Positions 56,628-64,000 of a stretch of DNA of 64,000 bases are shown in pieces (position 1 is the first letter of the stretch; every line of letters begins with the position of its first letter). A model generated the notes under the pieces. The model did no database searches. It worked only from the letters and a program-made list of their open reading frames with translations, and was not told where the DNA came from. Both the position numbers and the translations under genes were made by a program. The stretch is from Anolis carolinensis (lineage: Eukaryota): positions 291,285,402 through 291,349,401 of the forward strand of contig NC_085841.1 in the NCBI RefSeq assembly GCF_035594765.1, read 5' to 3'.

Positions 56628-59600
56628 AGCTTTAGAATACTCTTGATTAAGTCGTTCAGTAGTACAAAATTCAATATGGAAGTTCTGACCTGCCAGATTT
56701 TCTGACACATGAAAATATCCAAATTGTACTTTCTGCCTCTTGATTTATAACGATCTCTCTCAATGTTTATGCTTTTCATTTTATACATGTGATGCCATGC
56801 CAACTAGCAAGAGAGGAAAATACTGTGCAATGGTGAAACATCAAATGTTCAACAATTTAGAGAATCTGAATGTCATGCCACTATGCTTGGTACTTACGTT
56901 AGCAAGTTAAAACAATAGTTATGTAGGAGATATTGCATAAAGATAAATGTCACAGAAACACAGCTTAGTTTTATGTGGCAGGTAGAATATTAAAATACTG
57001 TGCGTTAGCAGGAACCCTCTGAAGATGTATATAAAGGTTTCTGAAGCCAGAAGGGTGTATCCTTTATTCAAGGGTGTATGTATTTCAAGCCACAATCAAA
57101 CAACATTTTTCTAAGTGGAATTTCCATTCAGATCTAAAATAAGCTCTTTCCTCAAGCTTTCAGTAGTTGCACACAATGTCAGCTTCCAATGGATAAAAGA
57201 ACATGAAGCAAAATAAACATTTTACTGACATGGATTAACTGATTACTCTTTTCAAGTGAAGAAAAAAAAGACTACAGTGTAAGCTTGATTTCCCGAAGTA
57301 AGCTTTCGCCTCTTGCTTTGAATGTGTAAGTAATAACATTATATCTGCACTGTTCTCTTTTCATAATATCTCTTTTTGTTAATGAACTGTGTAAAATATT
57401 AAACTGAATTATACTTTCCCACCATGAGTAATTAACTTTTCTTTTCTTTACAACGTTTATAGTTTCATTTGTCCTGCAGGAAGAGGGTGCATAATTACAA
57501 TGAGAGCCATAGCAGAGGTTTATAAGGATATCAATAGTTTTATAAGCATATCTTTCAATAAGAACACATTCATTTTTTACCTTACACTGGAAAATAAAAC
57601 ATTATTTCTTCCTGTTGACTTCTCTTTGTTTAATTTGAGACCCCGTACTCGGTAAGCTCGCTGTTAAGTTGTTGATCTTTCTAGACTGGGAATTCAGCAA
57701 TATTCTGTGAATATTCATTAAGATGAATAATATTGTCCATTCCCTTCTGAATGAAATCCTATATCAGGTCAGTATTATTAATTATATTTTGTACATGTGC
57801 GTGTGCCATGACCCAGGAGGTGCATTGTTTAAGCAGAAACTGGATCATCCCAACTGCAACAAAACAATGATGATGGAGAAGCATTTAATTTTGCATTTAA
57901 GAGACAATACTGAGAGGTTAGGATTGATCACATGGTGAATTTGAGAGTAAAAGGAAACAAAAGCTGATTTCATCACTGGTGCCATCTTCTCTCCTTCTCA
58001 ATCGGAATGGTTGACCAGACATGATAGCACTAGTCAGGAAAAGAAAATCCAGTCAGACAAGACTCACAGAGGATTGTATTGCACAAGGGAGGCAAGCTGG
58101 CATTGAAATAACACTATGCACATCCCATTGATGGTCTGCCTTCTCCATACGATTAACCCATTCCTTGACCCATCAGTAGGTCACAACCCCTCAATGTTCC
58201 TTTCACCTATCTTGATGTGATTGGTTCCTTTCACTTTTGTGCTGGCATGTGGGCAGTAAAGTGAGGTTGGGGGAGGGATTCTCCTCCTCTCCACTCTCCT
58301 TCACTATTCCTGGGCTGTCTATTTTCTGTTTCTTTGTTTGTTTTTTAAAATTACAGTTATATGTGATTTTTAAATTGATGAAACTGCAAAATTGCTATTA
58401 AAAATAAAACAATTTCAGAGCCGCAGAAGCGCAGGAAGGCAGGGTATGAGGATATGTGAAAACATGAAAGCAGGACTATGGTTTGTTGGATCTATGCAAC
58501 TGCACAAATGAAGAGAGGTGTGATATTGAAAGTACTCATCCCAGTATGTATCCACTATCTATGATACTATGATTATCATGTAATAGTGGCTTTGTGCGAT
58601 AAAGTCTGTCATCTCCAGCTGTGATCTAGACTATTTAGATGGTGTAAAATAACCAACAGGGAAATGCACATATGTGTAGCCTCACCTGCTTTCTAACCAT
58701 CATGCATTTTGTTTTGATGCAGTTTCCTCTTAGGTGATTTTCACCTAATGATAGAACTTTGGTGTCACTTTTAACTGCCGTGGCTGCCTTTTGGGATTGG
58801 TAATATAGTTTTCTGGCAGAGAAATCTAAATAACTAGCAAAACAAAACAAAAAAACCCAGTGTTTCATCGAATGGAGTCATGGCAGTTAATGGTATCAGT
58901 ATGCCATTTATAGTGTAGTGTGAAAAAGACATTAGTCAACACACTTAAAGTATCAAAAATTGAGATGTGAATTGCCTGTGGAGGCATTATTTCACTATAC
59001 CCTGTAATTCACAACATATACATGATATGAATAGATAAAGCATGTGCTTTCACTGGGGCTACCATCTCCTCTTCCTCCACTTTTCTTGATCCTCCTCCAA
59101 ACTATTTCCTTGCTCCAAATGGTTTTACTTCTGAGATCTATGCATACTGATTTATTACATTCTTAGGGAGGGAAATTCTCAATTTAAACCTGCATGTCAG
59201 AAGCTATGGTTATTAAAGAAAGGAATTAGGAGGCGGCGTTCTCTTGATTCCAAGGGGGCAATGTTGATACATAGGGAAATATCTTAACTGGAAGCAAGCA
59301 CTCTTTCTTTCAGTCTGCTTGATAAAACTTTCTCCCAGGTAAGTCTGCAGAGATTTGCAGTCTTAGCCATTAATCCTGCACCAGCGCAGGGGAGAGGACT
59401 CCATGACACTTTAAGCTCCTTCAAACACTATAATTCTGTTGTTGGCCATATACTGGCTGTGGCAAGCTATTACCCCACCAATGTCTATTACTTCACCAAT
59501 ATCTATTACATGACTCTGAACAATGCTGCTTCGGGGTCTTTGGAGTGTGAAAGGCAACATATAAAAACAATTCCTTTCTTTTAAATCTCCTCTCTTTTCA

Positions 59601-61640
59601 AGGCTTCTCAAAGCTCTTTTATCTAGTAACTTGCTGCACTACATCATTCCAAGTGCTCTTTCTTTCAGCGATGGGAACCTATCTGTTGGTGCCTGCAGCT
59701 TTACAAGCAAATAGCTGCTATGCATCATTCTTTATAAGCTTAGTAGAAAAGGACAACCTGTAATGGAATCTTGTCAGAGTAAAGCAACCAGGAGGTAATG
59801 GTTATTGCTTTGGAATTTTAAAAAAATGAATCTTGATATAGAAACTTTGGAAACTTCTCTGTTATTTTAGATATATATCCGACTTAGAACTATTGGCAAC
59901 TTTTCCATATTGTTTTAAGTGTGAGGCCTTTGTTTTGGGCAATAGGAACAAATCCTTGTTATTACACTAGTGGTTATAGAGTTGCCTTAAGTTAGGGCTG
60001 ATTTTGAAAGTTTCATACCACACTGGACTATACCAGGAATTTATCACACAAACTCACAGTCCTGTGGCATTTGCATGATCACGGACAGTGGTAACTTACC
60101 AGGGTGATAACCCCTGCTAATAATGGTCCCAAGTATTCTAGGTAAGTTATATGCAATCTGCATACATGTGTGTGTGCATATATATGTATTTAAAGTCAAG
60201 ATCTAGAACTAATATTTGCAAGTGACCTGTTGGTTTTTGTTGTTCTAAATTGTACCACTCTCTTCTTATGTGTAGTCAAAAATGGTAAAATGACTGGAAG
60301 TGTATTAAAATGAGTGGAATGCACAAAATGTAGAATAGCTGGTGCTCTTGCTGGTGCTCCAGATTTTCTTCTATACAACTCGCATTCCTTTCAATCAGTC
60401 TCGTACTGATTGAAAGGAGTGGGAGTTGTACAGATGAAAATCTGGAGAACTAGATTGCACCTAGTGAGATAAAATAAACCTGCTTTTACAACCAAGGAAG
60501 AAGACACACTTCTGCTGACGCTGAAAGGAATGAAAGGAAAAGTGTAAGTCTTCACAAAATGGAGAGGTGTTTTACTGGTGCCAAGTGCACGGGTTCCTCC
60601 ACCCTCATCCTGCCTTTATCTTGTTCCATTGATTTCCCTTGCTCCCATCAAGACCTTTCTGCCTTGAACACAAGTGGGATCCAATTACAGCAGACCACTT
60701 CCTTGCAAAAGGCCATTGCTCATCAGTGTCAGCCTTCTAAAGTGATTTGCACTTTCTTTGTGCCAGTACGTTCACTTTGCTCCTTCCATCGCTATCTCTG
60801 TCAATGCATATGGGTCGGCCTGGTAGTTGTAGTTATTATACCATAGGGGTGGAACTATGGTGTCCAAGCTGGAGGAAGCATTTCGTTCAAAAGGGTCACT
60901 CACTGTGGACAGTGGGCTCTACAGTAGAAAAACTGCAGACAGGAATTATCAAGCAATTTGAAAGTTAATAGAACATTTTTCTTTGGTACCATGGAGAAAC
61001 TTTCTATCATCATCTTCTTCATTGTTATCACCATCTAATATAGTCCCCACTTTTTAAATAATAATTAGCTTGTATGACCTGTGAGAGTTTACTGCATGAC
61101 AGATGGAGTGGAGGATAGAGGTGGATTGCCATGTGGCAATGGTACAGCTTTCCCCTTCCTTGCTGGTGGTCGCTCACTTCTTCTGTTCTTCCACTGGCTA
61201 GTCACAGAATCATAGTGAGGAATTTTCTCTTCATTGATTCATCAATGGTTTTAATTCTATAGTTTATAAGCCACCTGGAAACTCAGTATTAGAAAAAAAA
61301 GATGGGAAAATTAATGAATACAGTATTATAACTAGTAGTAGTACTGTGCACTTAAATTGCTCTAGTTTTATTTTATTTATAAAATTCTATCATTGATAGC
61401 TACTGTGAGTGTCATTCTTTCATAGAAAGATGGAGCATAATCTAAAAAATAAACAAACAGGCAGCTATTATGTCACTGTCATATCAAGTAGTCACTTATT
61501 TTTTCCATTTGCAAATAGTACAAATGTGCATTGGCTAGGTGAATACTTGAAGAAACCATCCTTGGAGATAGAGAACTCTTACTGTAGTAGGTTAACTAAA
61601 CATCACCATTCTACTCCCATAACATATATTATATATTCAG

Positions 61641-61875
61641 GAGTCCCTGGTAGCACAGTGGGTTAAACCCTTGTTGGAGGTTGGAGGTTTGAATCCAGAG
61701 AGAGTGGGTAAGATCCCTCTGTCAGCTCCAGTTTCACATGTGGGGACATGCGAGAAGACTCTCACCAGGATGGTAAAACATCAAACATCCAGGCATCCCC
61801 TGGACAACGTCCTTGCAGACGGCCAATTCTCTCACACCAGAAGCGACTTGCAGTTTCTCAAGTCGCTCCTGACAC

Positions 61876-61927
<52 letters not shown>
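61641..61927 (+). mobile_element. tRNA-derived SINE (Anolis SINE2-like, Vingi-type 3' end) with (AAT)n tail
   Basis: Head gagtccctggtagcacagtgggttaaa; 3' ...aagtcgctcctgacacg(aat)~16; TSD attcag. Confidence 0.7.
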
Positions 61928-61928
<1 letters not shown>

Positions 61929-63715
61929 TTCAGACATATATGCCCCACACTGGAATGGATAATTAGGTCACAACACATTAATGGCCAATGTTCTGCACAG
62001 ATGGTCATAAATTGTGTAGGGTGGATTAGAATAACTGAATAACTATACTGAAAAGCTAAGAAGAACCACTTTTTCCATATGGGAAATGCACAGATTCTTG
62101 TACTTCTGCTCCATGCCAAGTTTGGATTGATATGTATGTTCTATCCTGCCAACACATTCAATGGGCAGCTTAACAAACTCCACATATGCTTGTTGAAACA
62201 TCAATTTTGAATGTATTTCCTCAAACAATGCAAATGTATGAATGTAATTATCCAAATATATGAATTTCTAAAGGCATTTTGTTCTAAAATATTTGGACAA
62301 TGCACTTTGGTACATCACAAGACAAGAAATCTTGTGCAAAAATTTAAGAAGTGTGAAATTTGAGGAGTACTTGTGTTCCAATCCACACATTACTTTGAGT
62401 ACATGGAGGCACAAATAATGTCAATGTGCAGCAGAATCCATAAAGTTTTAATTCCTTGAACATCCATGCTCCACAAAATGTAGTTAACATTGTTCAGAAC
62501 TGGGACTCTGTTTACGGACATAGCCTAGACAAGACCCTTCCTGGGTTCCTTTTCTTGGTCACGCTAGAGAAATCAAGAAACTGGCATGCAAATCAGCAAT
62601 TTTATTTCTGCACTTAACACCTGGCATGGTTTGGGCTTCTAGATGTTGATCTGTACAAATTATCCCGTGGTGTTCCCTTCCTTCCCCCAACTGCTTTCAA
62701 ACAATCTTTCTGCACTTCTTAACAGGACAAAAATCTCTCGCATGGGAACAGTGGATGCGTTATTGGAGTTGTTTTTTGTACATAACAAGGTTGTGTTGCA
62801 GGCATTCCAATCCCTTAATTATTATCCTTGACCTTGGGAAAAAATAACCGAAAATAACAACCCCAGTGAGATGAAGCAGCTTTGCAATTACATTGCATAA
62901 TGTTGTCACACGAAGGGGGTTGTCAGGGAGATAATGGTAAACACCAGCCTTGGTTCTGTCTGAAAAATAATTGGAGTCTGCTCCCTTTGTGGCTGGTGGA
63001 AAGAAGCAAAATGGAAGAGTAAATTAGCAGTTACTGAAGACATTAGCAACAACGTGGTACTTACCAGTGACCAGAACACTGCCTGCCTTTAACTACTGTG
63101 GCATGAAATTGCCTGGGTTCTTTTTTAATGACAGCCAAATTTTCAAATGGACAGCCTTTCAATTTAAGCAACCTGAAAAGCCGCTTGCCGTATGTGCTTT
63201 GTCTCTCATGCTGTTATTTACAGTGGCAACCACATCTAGGGCATCATTCGACGGAGATTTCATTACCGCCCAGAATATAAAGAGAGATGTGACTGGGATG
63301 GTTAACATGCATGATTATAGGGACTAACATTTTCATTTCAGTCCGACTGGATGTTTCATGCTTTGAGGTCAGGCACTGCCCCAGAGGGAAGAATTGAGCT
63401 CTTGGCAATTCCCGGTTATTTTGCCTTCTTGCTTTCTCCCTAATTGCTGCCGCACAACACCTGTTTCATCTCGAGAGACCCTCTCCAGCTGTTGTTGGTG
63501 CCACCACTCTGCTCTGACAGCAAAGAAAAAGGAATGCTGTGTGCATACCAAAGATGGTTGTAAGGACCTATGTAAGATCTCTCTGTGTGAAGCAGAATTG
63601 GGAACTTTCCTAGCAATACTTGAATGTCTACAGGCACTCAGAGGCTGAATCCACGCTTAGGGACATATCTCAGCTACAGTGTGCAATACCCTCCCTGGTT
63701 TGACCCCAATAATAT

Positions 63716-63950
63716 CTGCTGCTGCTGCTCAGCCGTTTAGTTGTCTCCGACTCTTCATGACCTCATGGACCAGTCCACGCCAGAGCTCCCTGTCGGCCGT
63801 CACCACCCCCAGTTCCCTCAACGTCAAGCCAGTCACTTCAAGGATACCGTCCATCCATCTTGCCCTTGGTTGGCCTCTCTTCCTTTTTCCTTTCATTTCC
63901 CCCAGCATCGTGATCTTTTCCAAGCTTTCCTGTCTCCTCATGATGTGGCC
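63716..63950 (-). mobile_element. RTE-clade LINE 3' fragment
   Basis: GHIMRRQESLEKITMLGEMKGKRKRGQPRARWMDGILEVTGLTLRELGVVTADRELWRGLVHEVMKSRRQLNG*; (CAG)n-like tail. Confidence 0.88.
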
Positions 63951-64000
63951 ACACTCACCTATTTTAATCCAAACTCAAATTGATTTTGAAAGGCATACAG

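Noticed and set aside
58598-58621. GATAAA near CAGCTG as a TAL1/LMO2/GATA composite site
   Set aside because: Orientation is reversed and spacing is off relative to the E-box-N8-10-GATA arrangement
61671-62119. ORFs with poly-I, poly-N or poly-Y
   Set aside because: Translations of the (AAT)n SINE tail

Overview
Vertebrate genomic DNA from a squamate reptile, most likely an anole lizard (Anolis); this is inferred from the repeats (Sauria SINEs, CR1, L2, RTE, Penelope, hAT/Tc1-mariner/Harbinger/Chapaev MITEs). Three spliced protein-coding genes lie on the minus strand in the conserved amniote order CD59 - FBXO3 - LMO2. I rebuilt each by hand with phase-compatible splice sites: CD59-like GPI-anchored Ly6/uPAR protein (3 coding exons, 119 aa, one GC-AG intron), FBXO3 (11 coding exons, 455 aa) and LMO2 (3 coding exons, 158 aa). 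Each has a CpG-island 5' end. The rest is dense with transposable elements, many nested. I see no CRISPR array, rRNA, tRNA or evidence of a new multi-gene system. The most interesting signals are: Penelope-borne minimal hammerhead ribozyme motifs around the FBXO3 promoter; a Sauria SINE with a twin-priming-type 5' inversion; an RGD tripeptide in the three-finger CD59; Ile at the FBXO3 position matching the human V221I variant; a miR-223 8mer overlapping an AATAAA in the LMO2 3'UTR; a MEIS/HOX motif cluster at about LMO2 +1 kb; and two long fold-back hairpins. Repeat family names come from recalled motifs, not a database search, and old repeat boundaries are approximate.
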